Origin: Laetmonice hystrix
Lineage: Eukaryota
Direction of reading: 5' to 3'
Assembly: GCA_965235115.1 (NCBI GenBank)
Contig: OZ249436.1
Coordinates: 31,622,001-31,686,000, forward strand
DNA: 64,000 nucleotides
Notes under the pieces: model-generated
Database searches by the model: none
Seen by the model: the letters and a program-made list of their open reading frames with translations, nothing else
What the model was told of the DNA's origin: nothing
Position numbers and translations under genes: made by a program
Shown: one piece after another, positions 12,365 through 27,512 of the stretch
Position numbering within the stretch: position 1 is the first letter of the stretch
Layout of the letters: each line of letters opens with the position of its first letter

Positions 12365-13470
12365 CTGCACAATTCGTACAATGTGAATGTGAATACCAGT
12401 GGAACCAGTACCAGTAAATTGCCATCTCTGTGGTGAGCAACGTGGAAGGATCATGTCCCCACTGATACCTATACGCTTTAGTACTATAATTTATACCAGC
12501 TGGATGTTTCAGCTTTACCCCTGGTAGCTCGTATACTGCAGACGGTCTAAAGCTGATTACGAAATATGAAACATGAGAAAGGGTACAAGGGCAGTGTGTA
12601 TCCAGGGGAAGATCAAACGGGAGCCACAGCTAGCCATTCGCTTCGAAAGGAAATATTGTGGGGATTTTCGACAAATTCTGCCAAAGTTTTTCTAGATGTT
12701 GGTTTCCAAGTCAAGTTCTTTCACTTATAGCCAGCTTTCAGTATACGCTGGAAGAGCTGTGAAACTGACGTCGTAAGAACATATGAAACTGACCCTGAAG
12801 CCGCAGAATCAAAGTGTTTCGATGGCCTTGCACTGTATCTAAAGAATTTCCTGTAAGGAAGGTCGCTTGGGGGAGGTATGGTCCGATATTATCCGTTCCT
12901 TTTCATACTCATATATAATTACAGCAATATTTGGACACCTTACGAATTGGTACGGCGCTGTTCAAGCCAAACAAAGTCAAGTTTAAAGTAGAAAAAAAAG
13001 TAATACGGTCTCTAAAGATGATGGATGAGGAACAGTGGAAATTGTATGCATCTACAAATGGTACTCAGTTAAAAATAAATGGAAGCACGTGGTGGGCTTT
13101 GGTAGCCTGGATATACAGACGGGTAGTGATTCATGCATGGAAACAAACCGTATACCGACCGCATGCATATCGCTCCCAGTGTGTATGCAATTGCATTGCA
13201 AGACATCAGTTAAATACAGGGTGTCGCATCCCTTGGGACACAGAGCGAACGTAGGTAATACATCCTCGAAAGTTGCAACTGAGTGATTATCTAAATGATA
13301 GATTCCACTGTAAGCGGTTTTTACGTTTCCATGAGCTCCGACTCCCTGGTCATTCCCAAACGTCTACATCTATAGATCTATGTGACAGAGCAACATTGAT
13401 AGGAGTTATTATGTTTGGATTGAAGACTGTACAGGGAAAGGTTTGTGTAAGAAATACGTGTAGGTCTCAC

Positions 13471-13599
13471 CAGATACCACTCATCGCCCCAGTAGTCATC
13501 CTTGAAGCGTATTTCCCGGTACGCCCGCAGCTCGTCCCGTTTTGTTATCAGGTCGCGTTTCACCCTCAGCCGTGAGACCTGTTGCTCCACCCAGCGGAC
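13471..13599 (-). CDS. PCSK1: PC1/3-like coding exon 3 (prodomain cleavage site)
   Basis: ctttag|VRWVEQQVSRLRVKRDLITKRDELRAYREIRFKDDYWGDEWYL|gtgaga, 129 nt; W.EQQ...RVKR primary autocatalytic site. Confidence 0.92.
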
Positions 13600-14258
13600 C
13601 TAAAGCGAACCAATAACGTGCACATTCCATTAACGGCGAGATCCGTCACTGCAAGTCCTCGGAGACACAGTAGCATTAACTAATATAGCATTGTGTCAGC
13701 CTCAGTCAGAGTCAATTTCGTACCAGTCGGAGGACGCTTTCATGAACTTAATGGTATTATGGTATTACGTCCCTCGTGTCTTGGGTCGTCTGATCAGATA
13801 GCGTCACCGTGATATCACCATGGCGCCAAATTCCAACCCGTCACAGGGTGTATTGTTGCATGGAGAGTTTTGAAACATCAATGGCACAGGGCTGGTGAAT
13901 TGTACATGAGATCAGATGGCAGGGTAGTTACTCTGACACCAAGTCCGACCGATCATTCACGTTCCCTGCGGTGACCGAGTAACAGGTGTAAGGGTTGGTC
14001 TGGTCAATTATGTACATTCGTTCAATTTCAAAGTAATTTCGCCACCTACACCACAAGAGAAATGGAACTTACGAGTCTAGTTATTTACACTTGAAAAGTC
14101 GGCCTCGGTCTAGCCGGGCTCTTTTGTAAAGTACATCTCTGAAGGAAATACAAATTCTTGGTTATCGAAACAAAAAACCTGCCCAGGCTTGTACAGGCTG
14201 AGACATATCGACTCTATGGATTGGTACATTCTGAGCATCTGCAACACAATGGGTGTCA

Positions 14259-14842
14259 CCGCCCATACAATAAATTGTGTACAGTCTATGTCTAGGTTTC
14301 TTCATCCTTGTACAAACAAACGCTTGAGCTCCGCCCATACAATAAATTGTATACACTCTATGTCTAGGTTTGGTCATCCTCGTAAAAACACACGCTTGAG
14401 CTCCGCCCATACAATAAATTGTATACACTCTATGTCTAGGTTTCTTCCTCCTCGTACAAACAAACGCTTGAGCTCCGCCCATACAATAAATTGTATACCC
14501 TCTATGTCTAGGTTTCTTCCTCCTCGTACAAACAAACGCTTGAGCTCCGCCCATACAATAAATTGTATACACTCTATGTCTAGGTTTCTTCCTCCTCGTA
14601 CAAACAAACGCTTGAGCTCCGCCCATACAATAAATTGTATACCCTCTATGTCTAGGTTTCTTCATCTTCGTACAAACAAACGCTTGAGCTCCGCCCATAC
14701 AATAAATTGTATACCCTCTATGTCTAGGTTTCTTCATCCTCGTACAAACAAACGCTTGAGCTCCGCCCATACAATAAATTGTGTACAGTCTATGTCTAGG
14801 TTTCGTCATCCTCGTACAAACAAACGCCCGAGCTCCGCCCAT
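14259..14842. repeat. 72-bp minisatellite, about 8 copies
   Basis: gcccatacaataaattgtatacactctatgtctaggtttcttc...cgcttgagctcc recurring every 72 nt. Confidence 0.95.
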
Positions 14843-17800
14843 GCAGGTGTATACAGCCTAGTTCTAACTCTTCACGTTGCGTTGATTTGCTCGGCCATTG
14901 GTCCGGCGACACGGACAACATCCGTTGTCGGCTGAACACGGGACGCCCACTCAACTAGAGGGTTCACTAAAGAGTTCACTAATATCTTAGTGCCAGGTGG
15001 GTCCACTATAGGCAGTCTTTAATCATAACGCTAACAGGAGACACTTAAGATTATCTCGTTACCATGGTCACGCGGGAAGATTAATAAAATAATTCGGCTG
15101 AAGGGGTTGCACACCACCTAGTGTACACAGGCGTGTAGTCTGATGTCAAGTGAAGCATGCGCAGTAAATAGGAAGCGCTTGATGTCGAGGGGGAGGCTTC
15201 TAGCTCGTCATGCGATGGCATATCACAGAACATTTCGGCATTTGTTGCATTAACCTTCAGAGACCTTCTTATCGACTAATCGACTGACCTTCGCTTGTTA
15301 TCAGCACAAACTATCTAAAGCCGCTCCAACTTAGTAAACATAGGAGGGGTTGTCAAAATGCCCGCGCACTGTAACTCCTTTTACGTCCCAAATGTCCTTT
15401 ATTTGACCGCTCGTCAAGTCGCGTTTAGGACGAACTTCCTGGAATCCCTGGAAGCCAATATCATGGAGTGACGTTTTTAGACAACATACAATGACCATTC
15501 CGAGAATGCTATCTCTGTCAGCGCTCGCCCAGTTAACTCTGCAGTTAAAATCCATTTGGTGCGCGAGATTATGAAATACTTATAGTTCTGGTTATCAAGT
15601 ATGAGTCTGACTTACGCACTGTGGTTAGAATGGCACGGTCATTCAGTACAATTGCAAACCAAAGTGATTCTGTTCAAGGGACCCTTGCGCCAACATTGCC
15701 AGTTTCCGACGCCTCGTGAGGTCCCGCATGGCGCGCGCGTGGGCGATTTTCTGTATCGCGTATGGCAGTGGCTTCCCTATGGGGACACCAAATCAGCAAC
15801 AGCTACTTGTCATAAGCCATCAGCGCACGCCGGAGGACTTGCACGTCCAACCCCCCGACAGGAGTATTAGATTATTGATGATGCCGGCGGTCGCGATCTG
15901 CAGAGGGGGGTATCCCTCGGACAAAGGGGTGCAAGACCACGGCCCGGGCTACAGACCGTGTCTGTGCAGGCGTGAAATTGCTACCAACCCACGTCCATAG
16001 AACATCCGCACACCGAGTCGGCTGGAATAGACAACTGGGACCCGTTTACCCAGAGTTCATCATTTGACCTGCACTACCAGCCCCCCGCCCTGGCCCCTCG
16101 CCATGCAATTGGTAGCTCTGCCGCCCTTTATCACAATAAGTCATTATTGAATTCCTGCTTAAAGTAAACACCAAGGGTGTAACGCTATTACGTTAGATGT
16201 TCAACCTTACCCTATGGGGTTCGCGCGGAATCACTATCAAGAGCAATTGCTTTTAGCACTTCATTAAATGTAATAGATATACGATGACCTTCAAGGGTCA
16301 CGTTGTTATATAAGAGTCACTGGAACATGTTGCGTTTGGTGCTCGGTAGACCTAAGTGGTACGTAAAGCGAGTTGCAGACATCTGACAGCATTCACTGGC
16401 TGTTGTCTGATAAGACTTTCTCATTACAAGCGGCCCGAACTTCTGAAGTTCCTCGTCGCCGTCGTATTCCCTGCGGTGACGTTTGAGCCAGAGTAACTCG
16501 CTCTTTGGAAGGAAACTTTGTTGTATCTACTGGTCTTTTAACAATCACTGGAACATGGTATTGAGGGCGAAGAGAAACGGATGACCTCAAAAATCATCTT
16601 GCCTCGCCGACCAGAGATCAGCCCAAAAGAGTGCGACAATTCACTAAAAAGGTCTTTACCTTGTATTGAGACGAGATCAACGCTGCGTGTTTATTTATAC
16701 GCTCTCAACGCCTACCTGCTCATCGTGATCTTTAAAGTAATCTGTTGGGGTTGACAGGGTATTTTGAAGAATCCAACGATGACCGATCGTCTGCCGAACA
16801 AACCCGTAGCGGAAAGCGCGCGAACTGCTTGCCTGATGGTTTGGATGTGGCATGCTCGTTTAACGCAAACGCTGCAATCCGTCAGCTCGGTAAACCTTTA
16901 TTCTATCAAATGTCACGCGTCAAGGCTCATTCTATAATGGACAAATATCCCCCTCTCAGAATACGTGGGTGCATTTGCGCCAGTTCCCAGGAAATTGGAG
17001 AACGAAGTCCGGTTTAGATTACGGCCGCCCGGCCACTGATGTGAGCGCTTTGGTGGGCGACACGCATTGTTTGCGTGAAGAGAATTATAGAAGCAGAGTG
17101 GCCCGCCCTGCCAGTCACTGTAGATGGACGTTAAGATTGGCCCCTTGCTGTCTTAAACGTGCTGGAATAAGGACCCAATACGTAACGGGAACGGTTTCGG
17201 GAAAACGTTCCACGTCACAATGTGATGGAGACCACAAGGTCCCTCACAAGTATTTGACACTATAGCTTTACCACAATCCACCCCGTCTCGCTCAGCACAG
17301 GAAGTAAGGCGTTCCTCTCAATAAAGATCTAAATAAATACCGCTGCTTGAGCCGTAATATTGACACGTAATGAAAAGTGATGAAAGCCGGCAACTCTAGC
17401 TAAATCGGCCTTAATTTGGCATTTCTGCCGAGATGACTAGAAGGGCATAGAAAGGGCACGCACAGGAGGGGGTAAGTCAGCAGGCCACAGTGGGCGAGGC
17501 AATCAGTTCCCAATACGACTCTCATTATACGGCATGGAGTGTGCGACGCCATCACGCCTTACCCCAAATACTCCCCATGATAACAGGAATATAAATGACC
17601 AAATTGACGGTAGCGCGGGGCCCAACACCAAGATCTGTATGGTGCTGGAGGGAAACCTAAGGCCAAACCAGTTTTATTTGTTCTAGATAAACATGTTTGC
17701 CGATTTATGACGAGGTCGTGGGCCTTAACAGAAGGCCGCCGATATTAGCCGCTCAGAGATGATGGCCCATGAAGCAGACTATGACAAACGCCGGCCATCT

Positions 17801-18575
17801 CGTTTCATTTGTGGGGATTGTAGGAGGTGGCTGACAGCCACAAGTATGGCGGGTTATTCATTGTCTTGATATTGTTTCTTTGTGAATAGTCCAGTCATTC
17901 AGAGTTACATAAATCCGTCAGAGATTTCTCCGCCACGATTACCCTCGCATGCCGCCAAATGGGCGAGTGACGCGGGCGACGCACGAAACGTGCGCGACTC
18001 GCTGAGAATAGAAGCCCCCAAATCGTCTGACAACATCGTGAATTGGCCGCTTCGGTAATTACAAAGCGGTGTGAAAAGGGGAGCAGAATATCAGGAAGAT
18101 AAATCAAACATAAGGAAATGGAAACGAAGGTTCAACCACTAAGACTTTCTCACCAACAATGACTCAGATTCTTAAGTAGAAACTATTAGACATTGTCCCT
18201 CTACCCTGACGTACGAAAACAATTACAGATATTACAGAGGAGATCAAATAGTATTCTCTCTCTCTCTCTGTCTCTCTCTCACCAACAATGGCTTCTTATA
18301 AGACACTTCTTATAACACTTATAACACTCTTATAAGTAGGCATATAGAAAGTAGAAACAGTCGAAGAGATAGGGACAATTTTAATAACCTTTCCGTATAT
18401 AGGAAGGTCAGACCAACGCTTGGATCAGTTTGGATAATATTTCATGTAATATACGCGTCGAATATGAAACTAACAGCAGGTACGATTACTCCATCACGAA
18501 GAAGTGAAACTCTTCGTTCGTAAAGAACCCCCTACTAAAGACAAACAATCAGTGCGAGTATACAACAGTACATAC

Positions 18576-18680
18576 CCGACGGTCACCCCGGAGTGCCCGC
18601 GTGTGGAACTGGGCTGACCTCTTTGACCTGTGTGGATGGGACCTCCGGACAAGCAGGTATCGGTCTTGAAGTGCTCCGAT
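18576..18680 (-). CDS. PCSK1: PC1/3-like coding exon 2 (prodomain)
   Basis: tttcag|IGALQDRYLLVRRSHPHRSKRSAQFHTRALRGDRR|gtatgt, 105 nt, phase 0/0; RSKR internal prodomain site; reading frame not in the ORF track, translated manually. Confidence 0.9.
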
Positions 18681-21031
18681 CTGAAATGCGACAACAATTT
18701 CAAAATTCTAAAACAATTTTAACGATCGATATCTGTTTCAATGTATGCGGCCACCCCCAGTTTTTATCAGATATAAATCATGCTCCTGATACACTTTGTT
18801 GAAAAATCAAACCAATGGAAATCAATAGCCTAAGAAAACTCCAAAAACATTGATAATAGAGCGGAAATCCTCATGGGGACATTAATTTTACTGTGGTAAA
18901 TAAAACTGTTTGGGAAATCATGCTGAGGAAGAAATGAAGGGAATGCATAAGCAATACGGTAACGGAACAAAGTGCTGTAAGTGTATAATAGACAGAAATA
19001 TCAGTAGATAAAAATTAACCTTCGATCATCAACAAAACAAAAACCTTCTTATTTAATTAGATGAGACTTGATTGTAAAACGTATAGAAATGCATATATAG
19101 TTGCGCTATAGAAACAAACAATTAACATAACATAACAAAAGTCAGATTTATAACTGGATTCACGGTTACTGCTGAAAACGTAGTGAATAGGGGGTGCTTT
19201 TTGTCGTCGTTTTGTGGTTTTGTAAAGTGAAATCGAATTTGTATTTGAATTTCTTGGTATTTGTATATATGTCTACTCATGTGCAACCAACCGACTGGCA
19301 GATAGACCCAGTGTTGACTCTGATGTTTATGGTAATCCACATGAAGGCAGGTGGAAAATCCATAAATTATCAACCACAGGATGGTTCACGGTCAAGTCAG
19401 GGTTATGTCACGTTGGCGTGAACAGTATTGCGGCACCTGGTGGTCGCTAAAGTAATTAGGAGTTCAACCCGAGTTATTACGAAACGCACTTGAAGGTTAT
19501 GCCATGGGGGTGACGGTAATGATTCCAAATAGGGTCATTATAGGGTAACGATGTGACTTTTCGTGACGCAAGCGAACCTAGCGTATGGGAAGAGCACCAA
19601 AACCACATTCAGGTTACGACCTTGTATATATGTAACCAGCTGTAGCAGGTATATTGACAAATGATAATCTCACACCTGTGCCTGCGTCGACCTGCGTGGA
19701 CCATATTTAATACGTGCATTTATCATAAGCATGCATTTCAATAACGGATTTCAATAAGAATTGTGAACCAATACGTGGATATCCCGTACTAACGGAGTGT
19801 TTAAGCTCAGAATTTCTCTAATTTCTCAACTTCATTTACCCCCCCCCCCCAATGCCCCCTCCCCAGCGCAACATCACCTTAGTCTCCGTTGCCAGTTCGG
19901 TATGTTCAACTGATATGCGTCTGATTTTGACTTCAACAGGCACATATATAGCATATAACATCCTTGTCTCGTTTTTTTTCAAAATCTTACTTGTATTTCA
20001 GCTGAAACCGCGTGATTGTGAAATACATGTATATAAATCTTTTGAAGATCTAACAATGACTTTTGCCTATTGCTGTCTGATACGTAGCAAGTGGGTGTGC
20101 AAGAGGGCTCTCTTTGACTGACGTTAGTAAGAGCACAGAAGTCGATCGTAAAGTGCCCACAAAAGAAGCCGTCGTCCTGAGATCGAAAGCAAGACCCTGT
20201 AATCTTCTCATTTTCTAGGTAATCCAACGAAATGTGCAGGTCTTTTCATTTCATTGACAAATCGGTCCTACTCCAATAATGTATGCGGAACCGCTACAGC
20301 ACGGCTGAGTCAGGAAGGAGAAGCGCTGGTCGACCAATCCTTAATTTAAGACGATTATTTATTTTACTTTTACTCTGAGTAAAAGTTGTCTTTAGGAGGA
20401 CATTTAGTCTTAAGCCAGCTATATATGCATTATATTAAGTAGCTTTTCTTGAGGCAACTTGCCTCCTCACGCTACCGGTCACCCTTATCGGCAACTTTCA
20501 CATAAATCCGCGACCTATAATCCTCGACGTTTTCTTTTAGGAGAACGAAAACGTTTCAGTATAATTATACACTAAACGAGTTCATTGTTACAATCGACTT
20601 GTTGATATCCAAGTCATCATAATGAAGAACAAACATCGGAGACACTGATAAAGCTCACTATAAAAAGAAAAGTAATATAGAAACGGCAAGTCTCCATACA
20701 CTGGATAGGTCTGAAGTTGATGGTGTGGTGGTTGTCCAGCAGTGAACGCCCCCGTTAGTACGGGGGAGTGAGGAGTCGTCAGTCGTATACGTCCAGCCAG
20801 GTAACTATTGGCTGTGATGGATGGCTAGGGGTGATCTGCCTGTAACCCGTGCCCTTTATACAAACTGAATACCCTGTCCCTCACCTCACCACCTCCCAGC
20901 CCGCACTTAAAGGGATCGCAGCTCCGGCCGACGGAAACTCAAGCCATTGCATGGAAACGGCTAAGTCCGACGAAATTACTGGGTATTATCGACTGAACTC
21001 AAACAAAACACACCAAGAGGTGGATGGTAGC

Positions 21032-21033
<2 letters not shown>

Positions 21034-21092
<59 letters not shown>

Positions 21093-21101
21093 TCTCTCTT
21101 C

Positions 21102-21139
<38 letters not shown>

Positions 21140-21144
21140 TTCTC

Positions 21145-21193
<49 letters not shown>

Positions 21194-21209
21194 TTCTCTC
21201 TCTCTCTCC

Positions 21210-21273
<64 letters not shown>

Positions 21274-21306
21274 GTCTCTTTATCTCTCTCTCGCTCTTTC
21301 TCTCTT
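21034..21306. repeat. (CT)n microsatellite
   Basis: About 270 bp imperfect CT run. Confidence 0.95.
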
Positions 21307-22877
21307 TGAGAACAAACACACCCCAATTTAATCATTACATATGGAAAATGATGTCATTCTGAAACATCTTCTGTAAGAAACTATGAGCAGACCTAGGGGA
21401 TCGGCTCTTGTGTACATACATTGATAGGAGTGCACGTAAAGCCGCAAGGACCGTGGTCGTAAACGTGCAATGTTAACATGTCTGTATGAGGCCTGAGGCA
21501 GAAAGACGCCACATTTGGACATCAAAGAGAGAAAAGAAATTATTACACGGCGAGTGTACATCTATACCGTTCAAAACGGATATAGAAACGCTTTGTATAC
21601 TGATATGAAAACGAAAAGAGCTGCTTCGAAAGTGTCTATTTATTTTGGACAAACACCAATAATCAGTTCGTTGAGCCCCAAGTGCAATGAACCCGTCAAC
21701 CCACGGCATCTATTCAGTGGGAAGTTGGAGTTTTGATCGCCGCCGCTCAAGGACGTCACCACAACGAAGCCCGCCTCGTATACCCGCCGGCGATCTATAG
21801 CACTGCTCTGAGAAACGAGAGTCACTTCGCAGCCATGAGGAACCGAACGAAAATGGCGGCGCAACTTGGCTGCGTGGTAGAAACCTGCCGCGGGCTGGCA
21901 AGTTGGCAACTCTTTGTGGCCGACACTTCTCTACTATTGTTGACGGATACCGTATGGGAAAGTTTGTGCGCGATCCGCCACTACAAGGACAAAGACAAAG
22001 TCTTTGAGTTTTGCTACAGGCTGCTGCTGCAGCTTTCAGAGTCACGTTCTCTAGAAATGCACCGGCTGTGGATACGTGAATGTATCGACTGCGCCTGTAG
22101 ACCAGTCCTGTTGACGAGAACCAGCAGTCATACCACAGCCAAGAGTGACGGCTCAAGCAGCGCCATGCTGTTTGCGTCGGCCCTTCCACTTTAATTTCAA
22201 TTATTGGCCGCACAGCGCGCTGCCTCAATCTTCCCGCATTCAATACATTGACGATTACCCGATTTCTTATTGAATCGGCGCGCCAATATCAGTTGGTCTG
22301 TTGCACAAGGGATATGGACTTGATGACATTTGCAGACCCCCCCCCATCCCCATCTACACACGGCTGACTTCGTCACATAAAATTATGTCGCTCAGAGTAA
22401 ATGGTACATTAATTAACGCTGTTTTCTTGTCAGTAGATGAAGGAATTGCGAAAAAGTTTCCTCAAGTGGGACGTTCAGTGTTGGCTGACGTCTGTTCATA
22501 CTCTCCCATGTTTACTAACTCGTTACTAATCTCATGATGTCCATGGCTAATGGCTTCGCTTGCTGAAACGTTAAAGATTGATAACCAAAAGTTTTAGGTC
22601 AATAAACCCGTCTGTCAGTCTCTGCTTGAATCAAAATAGACTTCGGGGTTAGACATAGCCGGGCCTTTCAAGTTGGTGTTGGGGGAAGTGCACTATCCCC
22701 ATTTACATCATTACTTTTAACCGCCCGTTGTAACTTATTAGGCATTCTGTTGTAACGGGTAGGCTCGAGTTTCTGACGGCATGGACGTGTGTGGTATGTG
22801 TGGGCGCGCGCCAAGTTCAGTCCGTCAGGGTGCACGTGGTCTGATGTGAGTGAAACATTCGCCCACGCATCTACTCT

Positions 22878-25260
22878 ACAGGTTCGGACTATACCCGCCT
22901 CCACATTCCATCTACACTATAGGCTCGGACTTCCCGCCTCCACATTCCATCTACACTATAGGCTCGGACTTCCCGCCTCCACATTCCATCTACACTATAG
23001 GCTCGGACTCCCCGCCTCCACATTCCATCTACTCTATAGGCTCGGACTTCCCGCCTCCACATTACATCTACTCTATAGGCTCGGACTCCCCGCCTCCACA
23101 TTCCATCTACACTATAGGCTCGGACTTCCCGCCTCCACATTCCATCTACACTATAGGCTCGGACTCCCCGCCTCCACATTACATCTATACACTATAGGCT
23201 CGGACTTCCCGCCTCCACATTACATCTATACACTATAGGCTCGGACTTCCCGCCTCCACATTCCATCTACACTATAGGCTCGGACTTCCCGCCTCCACAT
23301 TACATCTACTCTATAAGCTCGGACTTCCCGCCTCCACATTCCATCTACACTATAGGCTCGGACTTCCCGCCTCCACATTCCATCTACACTATAGGCTCGG
23401 ACTCCCCGCCTCCACATTACATCTATACACTATAGGCTCGGACTTCCCGCCTCCACATTACATCTATACACTATAGGCTCGGACTTCCCGCCTCCACATT
23501 CCATCTACACTATAGGCTCGGACTTCCCGCCTCCACATTACATCTACACTATAGGCTCGGACTTCCCGCCTCCACATTACATCTACACTATAGGCTCGGA
23601 CTTCCTGCCTCCACATTACATCTATACACTATAGGCTCGGACTTCCCGCCTCCAAATTACATCTACACTATAGGCTCGGACTTCCCGCCTCCACATTCCA
23701 TCTACACTATAGGCTTGGACTTCCCGCCTCCACATTCCATCTACTCTATAGGCTCGGACTCCCCGCCTTCACTTTACATCTACACTATAGGCTCGGACTT
23801 CCCGCCTCCACATTACATCTACACTATAGGCTCGGACTTCCCGCCTCCACATTACATCTACACTATAGGCTCGGACTTCCCGCCTCCACATTCCATCTAC
23901 ACTATAGGCTCGGACTTCCCGCCTCCACATTCCATCTACACTATAGGCTCGGACTCCCCGCCTCCACATTCCATCTACACTATAGGCTCGGACTTCCCGC
24001 CTCCACATTCCATCTACACTATAGGCTCGGACTCCCCGCCTCCACATTCCATCTACTCTAGAGGCTCGGACTTCCCGCCTCCACATTACATCTACACTAT
24101 AGGCTTGGACTTCCCGCCTCCACATTCCATCTACTCTATAGGCTCGAACTTCCTGCCTCTACATTACGTCTACACTATAGGCTCGGACTTCCCGCCTCCA
24201 CATTCCATCTACACTACAGGCTCGGACTTCCCGCCTCCACATTCCATCTACACTATAGGCTCGGACTTCCCGCCTCCACATTACATCTACACTATAGGCT
24301 TGGACTTCCCGCCTCCACATTCCATCTACTCTATAGGCTCGAACTTCCTGCCTCTACATTACGTCTACACTATAGGCTCGGACTTCCCGCCTCCACATGA
24401 CATCTACACTATAGGCTCGGACTTCCCGCCTCCACATTCCGTCTACACTATAGGCTCGGACTTCCCGCCTCCACTTTACATCTACACTATAGGCTGGGAC
24501 TTCCCGCCTCCACATTACATCTACACTATAGGCTCGGACTTCCCGCCTCCACATTCCATCTACTCTATAGGCTCGGACTTCCCGCCTCCACATTACGTCT
24601 ACACTATAGGCTCGGACTCCCCGCCTCCACATTCCATCTACACTATAGGCTCGGACTTCCCGCCTCCACATCCCAGCTACTCTATAGGCTCGGACTTCCC
24701 TCCTCCACATTCCATCTACTCTATAGGCTCGGACTTCCCTCCTCCACATCCCATCTACTCTATAGGCTCGGACTTCCCGCCTTCAAATTACATCTACACT
24801 ATAGGCTCGGACTCCCCGCCTCCACATTCCATCTACTCTATAGGCTCGGACTTCCCTCCTCCACATCCCAGCTACTCTATAGGCTCGGACTTCCCGCCTC
24901 CACATTACGTCTACTCTATAGGCTCGGACTTCCCGCCTCCACATTACATCTACTCTATAAGCTCGGACTTCCCGCCTCCACATTCCATCTACACTATAGG
25001 CTCGGACTTCCCGCCTCCACATTACATCTACTCTATAGGCTCGGACTTCCCGCCTCCACATTACATCTACTCTATAGGCTCGGACTTCCTGCCTCTACAT
25101 TACATCTACTCTATAGGCTCGGACTTCCCGCCTCCACATTACATCTACACTATAGGCTCGGACTTCCCGCCTCCACATTCCATCTACTCTATAGGCTCGG
25201 ACTTCCCGCCTCCACATTACATCTACACTATAGGCTCGGACTTCCCGCCTCCACATTATA
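22878..25260. repeat. 39-bp minisatellite, about 60 copies
   Basis: ctataggctcggacttcccgcctccacattccatctaca unit; occasional 41-bp variants. Confidence 0.97.
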
Positions 25261-25928
25261 CATGCTCAATAACATTCGCATTGTTTGCAGAACTCGGCCC
25301 CAGCTTTTATCTTCACTTTGATGGAATCACTAAATAGTAGCCAGCCGCGTCTGTGCATTGCGTCTGAATTATTCAACGATTGCAATTAGGCTACGACTCG
25401 ATCCTTTTAAATCTCAATTCAGTGGGAAAGGTAAAAACTGATTGGCCACATGGTCGGGACGCTATATCTTAATAGTTTAACAGAGGCCGATTGCCGTGAT
25501 ACATTAGCAGAGGCTGATCGCTCGGATACTTTAAACGTTAAAGTGGGATTCTGACCGGAAGTGACGTTACATCAGGCCATCTCGTATGGTAGATTAGTTC
25601 CGGGTTCATATAGCCTACCTTTACGTGTAATTATATAACACATTCATTTACACATAATATCCTCTAGTACCAAAAAAGGTTAGCAATAAGCGACTAGGAA
25701 GACAAATCCGGTAATTGGGGTTTTAGGGAAGTTCATACCTAAATATAACAGAGTTGGAGGTCAATGCGGTCCAGACATTATGAGAGAGAAGGGCAGAGAA
25801 CATGTATCTAGTTCTCTCCTCGCCTTTTTTACCACTATAGAGCTGACCATTTCTGGACAGAAAGTCACTGTGTGTCGGCCTACACATAATTCGTTAAAGT
25901 GTTGTGTCAGTTTACATAATTAGAGCTC

Positions 25929-26006
25929 CCTCTCTCTCTCCCTCTCTCTCTCTATCTCTCTCTCTGAGTCTCTCTCTGTCTCTGTGTCTGTCTGTCTCTC
26001 TCTGAG

Positions 26007-26067
<61 letters not shown>

Positions 26068-26083
26068 CTCCCCCTCTCTCTCT
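25929..26083. repeat. (CT)n microsatellite
   Basis: Imperfect CT run followed by poly-G. Confidence 0.9.
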
Positions 26084-27512
26084 CGGGGGGGGGGGGGGCT
26101 GGTTATTATGTACGCTAGATTGTGGTGACATTGCAGCACTCTCAGCAAACATGAACACTATATTATTGACTCCACAAAACCGGCGGTGAAGATCAGGACG
26201 TGCAAGCTGACTGCAGATCGAACCAGTTTAACTGGTTTATTTGGAGCATGCTGATAATTCCCTCAGTTGCCAGAGATATTCACTGCTGCTTCGTCAGGAA
26301 CGTGCAAGCAACATTGTGGCAGCATCTCAGGGGAGAAATAAACATTAAAGTAGCACGGAAGGGACCCCCCGCCAGAGAAGAAAATTGCCTATTCAGAAAA
26401 GTAATTTGGTGCACCAGAGAAGTTGTGGTTTGGGACCTCATGCAGTGCACCTGTTGAATCTAGACTATAAACACCGACTCTGGGGGCATGCAGGATGCAG
26501 CAGCTGCCCCGATCAATATTTAATAAAGAGGTTGTGGATGAGGTTCATCTAAATCTTGATCTGCGGGTAAATTCGTATCAGTCTCGTCAGGACACGGAAA
26601 CTCAAAGTCGAGTGCGCTCTGAGCCATGGGTCTCTCTATCTCTCTGTTTCTCTGTCCGATTCCCGATTAAAAAAAAATCTACGTGGATCCCATCGCTCCA
26701 CTCGGAACCCCAAAACTCCCCAGGGCCATACGGGGGAGGGGGGGTGTCGGTAACCCCCTATGCAAAATAAAGTCATTTCAGACCTTATTTTTAAGATGCA
26801 CCAAATGCCGCCAAATTACACCTTAAATGTCAAATTCCGGCATGCCCCCGGACGCCCCTATAGTATGGCTTCCCCTGGCCCAAGTGTACCCCCCCCCCAG
26901 TAACCCCCCCCCCCCCCCCCCCCCCCCCCCGTAATTGAGAACTACTGCTAAAGGGGAATGCGCTACAGCTTTTTATGGGGTTTGCCGTGAGTTGTGTCGC
27001 TCTTGTCGTGAGCCGGGAATCCCTGGACGGATGTTTGTTTCAAATAAGACCAGTGACCTTACGTGCCAAGCCCATGGCGGCCGTCCTCTCCCGACACGCC
27101 ATTGCCGTGGCAGCAAGAGCCACCCCTCCTGATAAGCCGGAAAACTCCTGTGACATGTCGCGACCTCTCGCTGTGGCCGAGACTATGGCCTCGTACTTTG
27201 TTCCGTGATGACAGAGAAGAGCCGTTCGCTCGTGTCGTCGTAGCACGCCCCGTTCTTTTGATGAACCGAACACACACAGCGCAGTGGGGGGGAAGTACTA
27301 GGCGTTTGTGTTGTATTCTCCGCTGGATGATCTTTCATAATGGTGCCAAAGATCATTCCATCGATCGGGGGCCATGTGGTGCTTTCGTGCCAGACTACGT
27401 ACGTGCGGCTGTTAGAGGGAATCAATGAGACACAGGGGTCACTAGAGGTGGGAGAGGGCCTGCAGATTCCTTCCTTCCCTGGAGTTGAGGGTATATGGAC
27501 ATGCTATATAGG

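Noticed and set aside
14162..14935. 226-aa and 248-aa ORFs on opposite strands
   Set aside because: Products of the 72-bp tandem repeat
20849..21362. (SL)n / (RE)n ORFs
   Set aside because: CT microsatellite
21710..22243. Overlapping 153-aa and 177-aa ORFs in a GC-rich patch
   Set aside because: No recognisable motif or splice context
23715..25337. 540-aa Pro/Tyr-rich ORF
   Set aside because: Translation of the 39-bp minisatellite; non-ATG start, neighbouring units break frame, intronic
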